Part shown: positions 28,679 to 37,399 of the stretch, piece after piece | Layout: each line of letters starts with the position of its first letter | Numbering within the stretch: position 1 is the stretch's first letter | Assembly (NCBI GenBank): GCA_934725015.1 | Contig: CAKVAS010000005.1 | Span: 123,088-187,087, forward strand | Source of the DNA: an uncultured Bacteroidales bacterium | Lineage (GTDB): Bacteria > Bacteroidota > Bacteroidia > Bacteroidales > UBA932 | DNA length: 64,000 nt | Direction of reading: 5' to 3' | Notes under the pieces: generated by a model | What the model saw: the letters and a program-made list of their open reading frames with translations, nothing else | Told to the model about the DNA's origin: nothing | The model's database searches: none | Translations under genes and position numbers: made by a program

Positions 28679-29082
28679 AGAAGATATATGTTTTTATGCT
28701 GACGGCAGCCGCGCTGGTCGGATGCGTGAGGGGAAATCTCGAAGAGCCGTCCTATGATGACGGTCTCGCGCTAAGCGTGGGCGGCAAGGAGATTTTCAAA
28801 TATGACGAGCTCACCTGGCAGGCTGAGGCCGGAAACGACAATGTGTTCGTGATGCTCAAGGACGATGAAAGCTGCTGGTACAGGCTTGAATGCGACGGAT
28901 GCCCTACCGATGCCGGCGACGAGGTCACGGGAAACCTCTCGTGGAGAACCGAAGAGGCGTCGAAGGACAGCCGTATGAAGAACATCACGCTGAGGGTCAG
29001 CTCCATCGACACGGAATCCGGGATGATGCACCTGTGGTCTCAGGAGAAGGGCGTCTCAGTAATGGTACACACCGTGAGATAA
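28675..29082 (+). CDS. small lipoprotein, translationally coupled to the M6 protease
   Basis: MKKIYVFMLTAAALVGC lipobox. Its ATG overlaps the protease stop (ATGA, 28675-28678). Confidence 0.6.
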   Translation: MKKIYVFMLTAAALVGCVRGNLEEPSYDDGLALSVGGKEIFKYDELTWQAEAGNDNVFVMLKDDESCWYRLECDGCPTDAGDEVTGNLSWRTEEASKDSRMKNITLRVSSIDTESGMMHLWSQEKGVSVMVHTVR

Positions 29083-29099
29083 ACACCGTGAGATAAAGA

Positions 29100-31139
29100 A
29101 TGAAATCGACGATGAAGGATTATGGATTTGTGAGGGTGGCGGCGGCGGTTCCGGTGGTGAGCCTTGCCGACCCGAAGGGGAACGCGGAAAGGATTTGCGA
29201 ACTGATTGACAATGCGGAAGAAAGGAAGGTTTCCCTGCTCGCATTCCCGGAACTATGCGTCACGGGCTACAGCTGTGCGGACCTGTTCGGTCAGAACCTG
29301 CTCATAGAGGCCGCCGAGAAGGCCGTTGCGGAGATTGCCGGACATACTGACGGGCTGGCCGTGACGGTTGTCATCGGGGTTCCAGTGCGGTTCGCCGGAC
29401 ATCTCTACAACTGCGCGGCGGTCATAGGCAGGGGGAAGATTCACGGCCTCGTCCCCAAAATCCATCTTCCGAACTACGGGGAGTTCTACGAGGCCAGATG
29501 GTTCACCTCGGGAGCGGAGTTCATGCAGTCCCCGGAGGAACTGAGCTATGCCGGGCAGCGGACGGTTCTCGGTCCCAATCAGATTTTCTCGCTCGGACGG
29601 ACGTCGTTCTCAGTGGAGATATGCGAGGACCTGTGGACTCCGGTGCCGCCGTCGTCGTTCCACAGCATTGCCGGGGCGCTGCTCACGGTGAATCTCTCGG
29701 CAAGCAACGAGGTCATCGGCAAGGAGGACTACCGGCGCAGTCTGGTCACGATGCAGTCGGCCAGAACCATCGGCGGATACATCTACTGCTCGGCCGGTTA
29801 CGGCGAATCCACGCAGGATCTGGTCTATTCCGGAGCCGCGCTGATTGCCGAAAACGGGCACATCCTCGCGGAAAACCGGCGGTTCAGCCTTGCCGGCTCG
29901 CTCACGGTCGCGGACATCGACAGCGAGCGGCTTGAGACACTCAGGCAGAAAAGCAGCACTTTCAGCGCGCTCGCCCCCGACGGAAACGGAGACTGGAGAG
30001 CGGATTACCGATTCGTCACGGTCGGGAACGCTGCCGACACGGACTTCGGAGCCGCGCTTCACCACGGCATAGACCCGCATCCCTTCGTCCCGTCAGGCTC
30101 ACCGGAGGCACTGGACGAACGCTGCCGCGAGGTCACTGACATTCAGGTGGAGGGGCTTCTGACAAGGCTCGCCCACATCGGATGCAAGTCCGCGGTCATC
30201 GGCATCTCGGGAGGCCTCGACAGCACGCTCGCGCTGCTCGTGACCGTGCAGGCTTTCGACAGGCTCGGATGGGAGCGCAGCCGCATCATCGGCGTCACGA
30301 TGCCCGGCTACGGGACGACGGACAGGACATACCGCAATGCGCTCGACCTGATGGCGGCGCTCGGTGTCACTTCGCGTGAGATTCCAATCGCAGCGGCCTG
30401 CGACCGTCATTTCCTCGACATCGGGCACGACAAGGACATCCACGACGTGACCTACGAGAACTCGCAGGCACGCGAACGGACGCAGATTCTCATGGACATC
30501 GCCAACCAGACGGGCGGCATCGTGGTCGGCACCGGCGACCTCTCCGAACTCGCGCTCGGATGGGCCACCTACAACGGGGACCATATGTCGATGTATGCCG
30601 TGAACGCCAGCATCCCCAAGACCCTCGTGCGGCACCTCGTGCGCCGGACGGCGGACAAGATTGAGGGGACGACGGCCGGAGCATCCGGTTCGGCAAATAA
30701 CTCGGCTGACGATTCTGTGGCAGTTTCAGCAGACGAGTCAGGAACAAGGCCGAGGACTGTCAGGGACATCCTGATTGACATCACGGAGACCCCGGTGAGT
30801 CCGGAACTGCTCCCGGCCGGCAAGAACGGGAAGATTCTTCAGGTGACGGAAGACCTCGTAGGCCCGTATGAACTGCACGATTTCTTCCTCTACAATTTCT
30901 TCCGCTTCGGCTTCACGCCCGAGAAGATCCAGTTCCTCGCCGAGAAGGCCTTTGCCGACAGCTACGACAGCGGGACAATCCGCAAATGGCTCCGCACCTT
31001 CATCCGCCGCTTCTTCTCCCAGCAGTTCAAGCGATCCTGCCTCCCCGACAGTCCCAAGGTCGGCAGCGTCACCCTCTCCCCAAGAGGAGACTGGCGTATG
31101 CCCTCCGACGCAGCCGCAGGGCTGTTTCTGGAGTTCTGA
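29100..31139 (+). CDS. nadE: glutamine-dependent NAD+ synthetase
   Basis: N-terminal CN-hydrolase domain (FPELCVTGY, EICEDLW) plus a C-terminal PP-loop GISGGLDS. Confidence 0.92.
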   Translation: MKSTMKDYGFVRVAAAVPVVSLADPKGNAERICELIDNAEERKVSLLAFPELCVTGYSCADLFGQNLLIEAAEKAVAEIAGHTDGLAVTVVIGVPVRFAGHLYNCAAVIGRGKIHGLVPKIHLPNYGEFYEARWFTSGAEFMQSPEELSYAGQRTVLGPNQIFSLGRTSFSVEICEDLWTPVPPSSFHSIAGALLTVNLSASNEVIGKEDYRRSLVTMQSARTIGGYIYCSAGYGESTQDLVYSGAALIAENGHILAENRRFSLAGSLTVADIDSERLETLRQKSSTFSALAPDGNGDWRADYRFVTVGNAADTDFGAALHHGIDPHPFVPSGSPEALDERCREVTDIQVEGLLTRLAHIGCKSAVIGISGGLDSTLALLVTVQAFDRLGWERSRIIGVTMPGYGTTDRTYRNALDLMAALGVTSREIPIAAACDRHFLDIGHDKDIHDVTYENSQARERTQILMDIANQTGGIVVGTGDLSELALGWATYNGDHMSMYAVNASIPKTLVRHLVRRTADKIEGTTAGASGSANNSADDSVAVSADESGTRPRTVRDILIDITETPVSPELLPAGKNGKILQVTEDLVGPYELHDFFLYNFFRFGFTPEKIQFLAEKAFADSYDSGTIRKWLRTFIRRFFSQQFKRSCLPDSPKVGSVTLSPRGDWRMPSDAAAGLFLEF

Positions 31140-31172
31140 CCGACTGAATTTGTAAGGAGCAATATCTCATCG

Positions 31173-32222
31173 TCAGCCGATGGTCATGCCGAGGCGGAAC
31201 ATCGGCATATACATGGCAATCAGGACAAAGGCGACTATGGCTCCCACCAAAAGGATGAGGAGCGGTTCGACGATGCTGTTCAGCTGACGGATTTCATGCT
31301 CCAGCTCGGAGTCGAGGGCGTCGGCCTGCGAAAGGAGAGTTCGGCCGAGAGTGTTGGTCTCCTCGCCGACACGGAGGAGGACGAGAAGCCGTTTGCAGTA
31401 GAGGGATTCATGGTGCGCGAGGCCGTCGGACAGTGAGCCTCCCCGTTCGACCTCGGAGGCTGCCTCTTCCAATGACTTGCGGAAGGGATAGAATGTCACG
31501 ATGCCGTGCATGAGGGAAAGTGCTTCGAGCATCGGGACATCCGCACTGACAAGAAGATGGAATATGCGGCAGAAACGGGCGGACTGCCACCTGCGGACAA
31601 GGCGGCTCCAGACAGGGATGCGGAGCTGCAGCGAGGAGGAGATGCGCTGCCATGAGTCCAATCTGCCGTATAGCCTTTTCAGTACATAGCAGATGGCGGC
31701 AGTCCCGGAAAGAAAGAGCAGAACTGACGGAGCATGGTCTGAAAATTCCACTATCCGCCTCGTGATGCCGGGAAGTTCGCCTCCCATCCTCGAATATACC
31801 TGTTCAAACATCGGCACGACCACCAAAAGCATGAACACGAGAACGAGCGCGGCGACCGAAAGGGTTATCAGCGGATAGCTCAGCGCACTTACGACCATCC
31901 GCCGCCGGCTGTCCCGTTTCTCATAGTAGTTCGTCAGAAAGTCGAGAGCCTCCGGCAGCCGCCCGGTCTCCTCGCCTATTCGTGCGACACAGCAGTCCAT
32001 TGTTGTGAATACCGGCTCTGTTCCGAGTGCGCGCCACAGTTCCTGCCCGGCGACCACGCGCCCGAACACCCGCGAGTAAAGCTCCTTCTCCGTCCCTTCC
32101 GCACAGTCGATGAGCAGCCCGAAGGCACGGCTGAAATCCAGTCCGGAGCAAATGAGCGTATGCAGCTGCACGAAGAACGCCTTTTTATCCCGGTCGGAGA
32201 TTTTCTTCTTAAAGATTTCCAT
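31173..32222 (-). CDS. type II secretion / type IV pilus platform protein (GspF/PilC family)
   Basis: Two T2SSF-type repeats (VARIGEETGRLPEALDFLTNYYE and LLRVGEETNTLGRTLLSQADAL), each followed by TM segments. Confidence 0.88.
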   Translation of the reverse strand: MEIFKKKISDRDKKAFFVQLHTLICSGLDFSRAFGLLIDCAEGTEKELYSRVFGRVVAGQELWRALGTEPVFTTMDCCVARIGEETGRLPEALDFLTNYYEKRDSRRRMVVSALSYPLITLSVAALVLVFMLLVVVPMFEQVYSRMGGELPGITRRIVEFSDHAPSVLLFLSGTAAICYVLKRLYGRLDSWQRISSSLQLRIPVWSRLVRRWQSARFCRIFHLLVSADVPMLEALSLMHGIVTFYPFRKSLEEAASEVERGGSLSDGLAHHESLYCKRLLVLLRVGEETNTLGRTLLSQADALDSELEHEIRQLNSIVEPLLILLVGAIVAFVLIAMYMPMFRLGMTIG

Positions 32223-32269
32223 TTTCCTTTATGATTTTCCGGATTATATCAACTCATATTGATGAAATA

Positions 32270-32620
32270 TCATCGCGAAGAATATGTTTCTATGTACTTA
32301 TATGTCACGACATTACCACCCCTCGTCCTTGCACTCACCGTCATTCTCCGAAGTTCCGGCACAGTCTCGTGAGGGGCTAGGGAGACAATGATGCAGCCCC
32401 AAGGATAATCATAAGTCCGTTCAACAAACATCTCGTCCACGTCAAGCGCATCGGCCCGGCAGCGTTCAATCTCGCGTTCCACCGCGACAGGACCCGGATA
32501 GTCGATGTCATGGGCGGCGAGGTTTCCGAGAACATCCGTGGCAATTATGAAGACTGCAAGGAATATGACGGAAGCGACCAGCGTCTCCACAAGCGAGTAT
32601 GCGCCAAGTTTAGTTTTCAT
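32270..32620 (-). CDS. minor pilin/pseudopilin-like protein (class III signal)
   Basis: MKTKLGA|YSLVETLVASVIFLAVFII is a prepilin-type N-terminus with Glu at +5. 116 aa. Confidence 0.7.
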   Translation of the reverse strand: MKTKLGAYSLVETLVASVIFLAVFIIATDVLGNLAAHDIDYPGPVAVEREIERCRADALDVDEMFVERTYDYPWGCIIVSLAPHETVPELRRMTVSARTRGGNVVTYKYIETYSSR

Positions 32621-33168
32621 CTTGATTTCAGTTCAATCCTGCGCCCTTTCCAGCCGAGCGTCAGAGTTTCCGGGGAATATGAGACCACATCAAACTGGCC
32701 GACTCTCTCCCCTCTCCCGAGCATGAGCAGTTCCCCTCCGCGGACAATCATGGCCTTTGTCCCGGAGCCGCTGCCGATAATGCCTTTGAATATGAAATCC
32801 GGAGACGGGACGGCTTCCTGCGACGGCGCCGGTGTCCGTGGTCTGGAAGACTTGGCCGGAGGAAGAGGCCTGCTCAGCGGGCGGAGGAAAGGGTCGGGAT
32901 AGTCAAGCGCAAGAGTGTCGGCAGGGCGGCCGTTCCGAAAGGAGACAACCCCCTCTGCAGTAAGAGCCAGACTGTCCGAGCGCATCCTCAGGACATCAAC
33001 GGCTTCAAGAGACGACATCTCCTCATGAAAGCCGCCGGAGCTCGCCTTGCGGAACATCCCGGTCAGGGAAACAATACCCTCATAGAGCGCAAACATCAGC
33101 ACTGCGGAAACAATCATCGTGACCAGGACCTCGGCCAGAGTGCTGGCCTTAAAATATAACCGATTCAT
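32617..33168 (-). CDS. pilin-like N-terminus fused to a PilP/GspC HR-like beta domain
   Basis: MNRLYFKA|STLAEVLVTMIVSAVLMF at the N-terminus. The C-terminus FKGIIGSGSGTKAMIVRGGELLMLGRGERVGQFDVVSYSPETLTLGWKGRRIEL resembles the secretin-contacting HR domain pattern. Overlaps the downstream gene by 4 nt. Confidence 0.6.
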   Translation of the reverse strand: MNRLYFKASTLAEVLVTMIVSAVLMFALYEGIVSLTGMFRKASSGGFHEEMSSLEAVDVLRMRSDSLALTAEGVVSFRNGRPADTLALDYPDPFLRPLSRPLPPAKSSRPRTPAPSQEAVPSPDFIFKGIIGSGSGTKAMIVRGGELLMLGRGERVGQFDVVSYSPETLTLGWKGRRIELKSR

Positions 33169-33170
33169 TT

Positions 33171-34346
33171 TCAGTAGATTTTCTTGATTGTTTTTCTTGT
33201 GTAGGCACCGGACAGGAGAATTGGAAAGGCAAGGGAGTCGCTGCGGACAAAACGCGCGTCACACAAGGTTCCCGGAAAGGTGTTGCCGCCCGAGCGATGG
33301 TAGCAGTCACGGATGTAGGCAGCTCCATAGACATTGCCAGCAAGTTCGCAGGAGCCGTCGATGCAGAGGAGGCCGCGAAGAGTCGAACCATGCTCCTGAA
33401 TATAGCTCGGAAAACGAAGTCCGCTGTCGGCATTCTCGCTGAAAACGGCAATGTAGCCGGAGACCTCGCTGTCGGAACCGAAACGGACAAAGGGGCGGCA
33501 AGCATTTGAGCGGCAACCGTCTGAAGAATGGCTGTCGTCGGCCGCATTGACGAAGATTCCTGACGGGAAACGCAGCACGACGCCGTCCTCGACAATCACG
33601 GTGTCGCTCGCGAAAATCTGCGCAGTCCCTTCAAAGCCTCTCTCCACAGTCACGCTTCCGGCCGAAACAATAGCATCCGACGGCAGTTGCAGGCTTCTCG
33701 AAAGAACGACTCTTTCTCCGAAAAGACAGTCCGGCAAAGGCATATCCCGATTTGCCTTGCTCCATAGCCGGCACAGCTCCGATGCCTTCCTGAAAGCGGC
33801 GGAATCGAACGGAGGCAGGTCAGGGCCGGAGAGCCGCAGGTCAGACTCGGGAAGCGGCAGGCCGGAATAGTAGCGGGAGGCTATCTCCGTGTAGTTCAGT
33901 CCGTTCATAGGTATGTAGGCCAAACCCTCCATCCCGGCATCTGCGGCCAACGACAAGGCGCGGTTGCGGTCGCATATCCAGAACGCCGCCTCGGCCGGGC
34001 ACTCCGTCCTGCGCCCTACCAGCATGGTCATCGCGTCGGGAGAGGAATTGGAAAGGCGCACACGCTCATAGAGTCCCCAGTCGGAAACAGCGACATGAAC
34101 CGAATCCTCGCCGTCGAAAAGGAAGATGTCCGCGCTGTCCCCGGCGGCACAAAGCAGGCTGTCATAAAGGTAGAGATTCAATGCGGAAGCCAGGTTCTCG
34201 CGCTCCTGATGCGCCTCCCGGTAGAGGGCATAGCGCCTGTATTTCAACGCCAGCGAATCATAGGCAAAGAAAATCATCAGCAGGACGACCGCCGACATAA
34301 CCAGCACCGCAGGCAGGGCGTATGCTTTCAAATGCTTTTTCATCAT
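33171..34346 (-). CDS. large minor pseudopilin-like protein (GspK/PilX-like; lacks Glu+5)
   Basis: MMKKHLKA|YALPAVLVMSAVVLLMIFF followed by a domain of about 360 aa. Confidence 0.55.
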   Translation of the reverse strand: MMKKHLKAYALPAVLVMSAVVLLMIFFAYDSLALKYRRYALYREAHQERENLASALNLYLYDSLLCAAGDSADIFLFDGEDSVHVAVSDWGLYERVRLSNSSPDAMTMLVGRRTECPAEAAFWICDRNRALSLAADAGMEGLAYIPMNGLNYTEIASRYYSGLPLPESDLRLSGPDLPPFDSAAFRKASELCRLWSKANRDMPLPDCLFGERVVLSRSLQLPSDAIVSAGSVTVERGFEGTAQIFASDTVIVEDGVVLRFPSGIFVNAADDSHSSDGCRSNACRPFVRFGSDSEVSGYIAVFSENADSGLRFPSYIQEHGSTLRGLLCIDGSCELAGNVYGAAYIRDCYHRSGGNTFPGTLCDARFVRSDSLAFPILLSGAYTRKTIKKIY

Positions 34347-34349
34347 CTT

Positions 34350-34865
34350 TCAGTCTTTATACGGGCCTCGGCCGTGACTCGATTTATCCGTTTGGCCCGT
34401 GCTCTCAAGCTGGCGAAGAGAGAGTCGCAGCATGACGGAGAGCTGGTTTCGGGACGGGCGGTAGGAGTTGAAGGCGGCGGAACAGATGCGAATCTCCGGA
34501 ATGGACTCCACCGTCTCAAGGACTTGAAGCAGGGACTTGAAATCACCGGAAAGGACGAGCTCCGCGCCGCAGAGCCTTAGGTCACCCTCCGAGCCGAGTT
34601 CTGACGGAGCGAATGCGAGGACTGAAACGGAGCGTTCCGCGCAGAGCCCGGAGACCGTCCCGACAAATCCTCCGTTGCTCAGGGCCGGTTCACTCCCTAT
34701 GACGGAGCGGCGCTCCTGCGGGACAAGCGCGGAGTCTGATTCCGCAAGAGCCTTCCGCCAGTCCGTCCACAGGTCGAAGGTACGTGAAAGAGCCAGACTC
34801 CAGACCAGAACCGGAAGAACGACAAGCAGGACGGCAAGCTTCAGCGATGAGAGATTTCGTTTCAT
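34350..34865 (-). CDS. bitopic inner-membrane assembly protein (GspM/PilO-like)
   Basis: Single N-terminal TM (LKLAVLLVVLPVLVWSLAL) plus a periplasmic domain of about 130 aa. Position and size fit GspM/PilO. Confidence 0.5.
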   Translation of the reverse strand: MKRNLSSLKLAVLLVVLPVLVWSLALSRTFDLWTDWRKALAESDSALVPQERRSVIGSEPALSNGGFVGTVSGLCAERSVSVLAFAPSELGSEGDLRLCGAELVLSGDFKSLLQVLETVESIPEIRICSAAFNSYRPSRNQLSVMLRLSLRQLESTGQTDKSSHGRGPYKD

Positions 34866-34887
34866 GGACAGTTGAGAAGTCAGCGGT

Positions 34888-35832
34888 TTACAACAAAGTA
34901 TTTAATTTTTCCGCAGGCAGCTGTATATGGATTTCAAATGTGGAGAAATCCTCGTTTCCGGCGCGGTTGAGACCGACTACCTCGATTCCGGAAAAACCGG
35001 CAATATGCTTCATGCTTTCGGAGAATGCTGCGACGGTTGCGGGGTTAAGGGTCTCCCCTTTCAGGGATATGAGCACGCGGTCATCGGGGACGGCAGCCTT
35101 CCGTCGGGACTTCGGTTCATTGAGCAGAATTTCCGTGAGCCTCATTCCGTCCGGAAGGGCGGAGGCGATGGCGTCGCTCCAGACGGACGCTTCGAGCCTT
35201 GCCGTGCTCTCATACTCGGCTACCAGCCTTGAGCGGGCAGAGTTTTTCTCGGACAGAAGCCGCGCCGAGCGGCCTGTCTCGTAGCTGAGAGACTGACGTT
35301 CGGCAAGTTTTTCCGTCAGAGATGTGCTGACCCAGAAATTCGCGGCAAGGACGGCGAGCCAGAACAGGAGAAGAGGCAGGAGCAACTTCCGGAACAGCCG
35401 TGCCGCAAGAAAGTCACGCAGAGCAGCGTCCGACTTCAATGCGCTGAAAGACAGGCTGCGTCTCCTGGCCGCATCAGCCTCGGCGTCAATGTCAATGGAG
35501 CCCAAATCTGCGGTCACGACCGTTCCCGCGACGAACTGCCCCGAACGCTCAAGCCCGGCACGGACATCGTCCGGCAGGGTACGGCGGACATAGTCGATTC
35601 TCGTGCCGTCCGCGTGCTCCGACGAGAGCAGTTCCGGGTTGTCGATTATGCGCCGCACAATCGGATTCGAGCGGTCAAGCTCCCTGCTTCCCACAGCCGC
35701 GCCAGTCACGACCAGAAACATCAGACCGGACTTCGCCTGCTTCAGCCAACGCATGGACACGCCGTCGTGTCCGACATCCGCGACGGCGACGGAAATCCCG
35801 ACAAACTTGAACAGAGAGGAATTTCGTCTCAT
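34888..35832 (-). CDS. bitopic assembly protein (GspL / PilM-N-like)
   Basis: Cytoplasmic domain of about 150 aa, a TM segment (LLLPLLLFWLAVLAANFWV), a coiled region and a C-terminal alpha/beta domain. Its start overlaps the upstream immunity gene stop by 4 nt. Confidence 0.5.
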   Translation of the reverse strand: MRRNSSLFKFVGISVAVADVGHDGVSMRWLKQAKSGLMFLVVTGAAVGSRELDRSNPIVRRIIDNPELLSSEHADGTRIDYVRRTLPDDVRAGLERSGQFVAGTVVTADLGSIDIDAEADAARRRSLSFSALKSDAALRDFLAARLFRKLLLPLLLFWLAVLAANFWVSTSLTEKLAERQSLSYETGRSARLLSEKNSARSRLVAEYESTARLEASVWSDAIASALPDGMRLTEILLNEPKSRRKAAVPDDRVLISLKGETLNPATVAAFSESMKHIAGFSGIEVVGLNRAGNEDFSTFEIHIQLPAEKLNTLL

Positions 35833-36431
35833 TGCTTATTCTGCTTCGCAACCGGAATATCAGACCATTCAAGATAGGTTGCACTGTCCGACTTCCAAAA
35901 ATCGGGATTGCGGACATCGTAGCCCATGGCTTCCGCATAGTCCAGAATCATGTCGTTCGTAAGGCGCTTCTTCTTGATGCGCTCCTTGTATTTTTCCGTC
36001 TGCTCAAACGGAAAAGGCTCCCCGATTTCATAGAAGTCCCAGCGAGGATCCTGCATCACACGAACCATACGTTCCGAATGGTCTCGTCCCCAATGATAGA
36101 AAAGCCTCATGTCATACTCTTGGTCGCCTATCTTGTTTTCCGGATCCAATGTCAGACAAATCCGCGTAATATCATATCCATAGCGGAGATTCAAAACATT
36201 GCATAGTGTATAGAAACCATCTCTCTGATTGCCATACATAGCAGTCTTGTTTTTTGCTGGCCTCCAAAGAACCATCTTGGCAACCAATGAACCATAAGCG
36301 ACGCAAGATAAATCTATTTTCAAGGATGACCTACTTTGGGAAACAGGATATGAAGGCTCTTTTATTTCAATTATTGACCGACAAACCTCCTCAACATCAA
36401 CATCCAAAAAAGAAAAAAAACGCGTTATCAT
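35829..36431 (-). CDS. putative Rhs-tip immunity protein, paralogue 3
   Basis: 200 aa. Shares the MITR.F.F... scaffold and a near-identical C-terminal 76-78 aa with 36610-37212 and 37398-37991. AT-rich. Confidence 0.7.
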   Translation of the reverse strand: MITRFFSFLDVDVEEVCRSIIEIKEPSYPVSQSRSSLKIDLSCVAYGSLVAKMVLWRPAKNKTAMYGNQRDGFYTLCNVLNLRYGYDITRICLTLDPENKIGDQEYDMRLFYHWGRDHSERMVRVMQDPRWDFYEIGEPFPFEQTEKYKERIKKKRLTNDMILDYAEAMGYDVRNPDFWKSDSATYLEWSDIPVAKQNKQ

Positions 36432-36446
36432 TTTCTTATTATTTTA

Positions 36447-36611
36447 TTATTTTATAATTCTGTCAAATAGTGTGAGACCATCCATTATCAGTTCATATTC
36501 AACATTGGCTTCAATAACCTTTTTGTGCCGGTCACTGTTCTTCTTGCTTCTGTCCACCTCGTAGTTATGGTGAACGCCATCTGCATTCCACTGGACATCA
36601 GGACGATTGTC
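36447..36611 (-). pseudogene. orphan Rhs toxin-tip fragment 2 (last 54 codons, no start codon)
   Basis: DNRPDVQWNADGVHHNYEVDRSKKNSDRHKKVIEANVEYELIMDGLTLFDRIIK aligns with the Rhs1 C-terminus NNRPDVQWNQGGHHYNYEVDRTRKNSDRHRKIIKKNDP.... It begins on the stop codon of the preceding immunity gene. Confidence 0.8.
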
Positions 36612-37212
36612 ACTTCTGCTTTGCAACCAGAATCCACGACCATTCGAGATAGGTTGCACTGTCGGACTTCCAAAAATCGGGATTGCGGACATCGTAGCCC
36701 ATGGCTTCAGCATAGTCCAGAATCATGTCGTTCGTCAGGCGCTTCTTCTTGATGCGCTCCTTGTATTTTTCCGTCTGCTCAAACGGGAAAGGCTCTCCGA
36801 TTTCATAGAAATCCCAACGAGGGTCCTGCATCACACGGACAAGTCGCTCAGTACCATTCGATCCCAAGAAATGAAACAGACGGAACAAATATATATCCGA
36901 ATCATTTATTTTATTGTCCAAGTCCAAGGTGAGGCTGATACTCGTAACATTGTAACCAAAACGATGATTCAAAATATGACATAAAACACTGAATCCATCA
37001 CTCTGATTCCCATAAATGGCAGTTTGCCCAGAACTGGGACTCCATAAGACCATTTGGGCAATACGCGAACCTATATCTTCATAATCCAACACTATTTTCA
37101 GTTTAGTCGGAGCATATTCTGTTACAGGATACTCCGGTCCCATTATATTGATAATATTAGATATTATATCATTAACATCTCCGATTATAAACGAAAAATC
37201 ACGTGTAATCAT
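36610..37212 (-). CDS. putative Rhs-tip immunity protein, paralogue 2
   Basis: 200 aa. Divergent N-terminal two-thirds. The C-terminal VRVMQDPRWDFYEIGEPFPFEQTEKYKERIKKKRLTNDMILDYAEAMGYDVRNPDFWKSDSATYLEWS is shared. Confidence 0.7.
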   Translation of the reverse strand: MITRDFSFIIGDVNDIISNIINIMGPEYPVTEYAPTKLKIVLDYEDIGSRIAQMVLWSPSSGQTAIYGNQSDGFSVLCHILNHRFGYNVTSISLTLDLDNKINDSDIYLFRLFHFLGSNGTERLVRVMQDPRWDFYEIGEPFPFEQTEKYKERIKKKRLTNDMILDYAEAMGYDVRNPDFWKSDSATYLEWSWILVAKQK

Positions 37213-37219
37213 TTTCTTA

Positions 37220-37399
37220 TTATTTTATTATTCTGTCAAATGGTGTAAGACCATCGATTATCAGTTCATATTCAAACTCAGCTTTAGGGTCATTCTTTTC
37301 AATAACCTTCTTGTGACGGTCGCTGTTCTTCTTGCTTCTGTCCACCTCGTAGTTATGGTGAACCCCATCCGTATTCCACTGGACATCAGGACGATTGTC
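37220..37399 (-). pseudogene. orphan Rhs toxin-tip fragment 1 (last 59 codons, no start codon)
   Basis: DNRPDVQWNTDGVHHNYEVDRSKKNSDRHKKVIEKNDPKAEFEYELIIDGLTPFDRIIK. The junction TGACAATCGTCCTGATGTCCAGTGG is the same as for fragment 2. Confidence 0.8.

Noticed and set aside
36447-36713. 88-aa and 86-aa ORFs (36447-36713, 37220-37480) as intact small toxin genes
   Set aside because: Only the last 54-59 codons resemble the Rhs1 tip. The N-terminal part of each ORF is an out-of-frame read through the 3' end of the upstream immunity gene. I therefore annotated them as orphan fragments.
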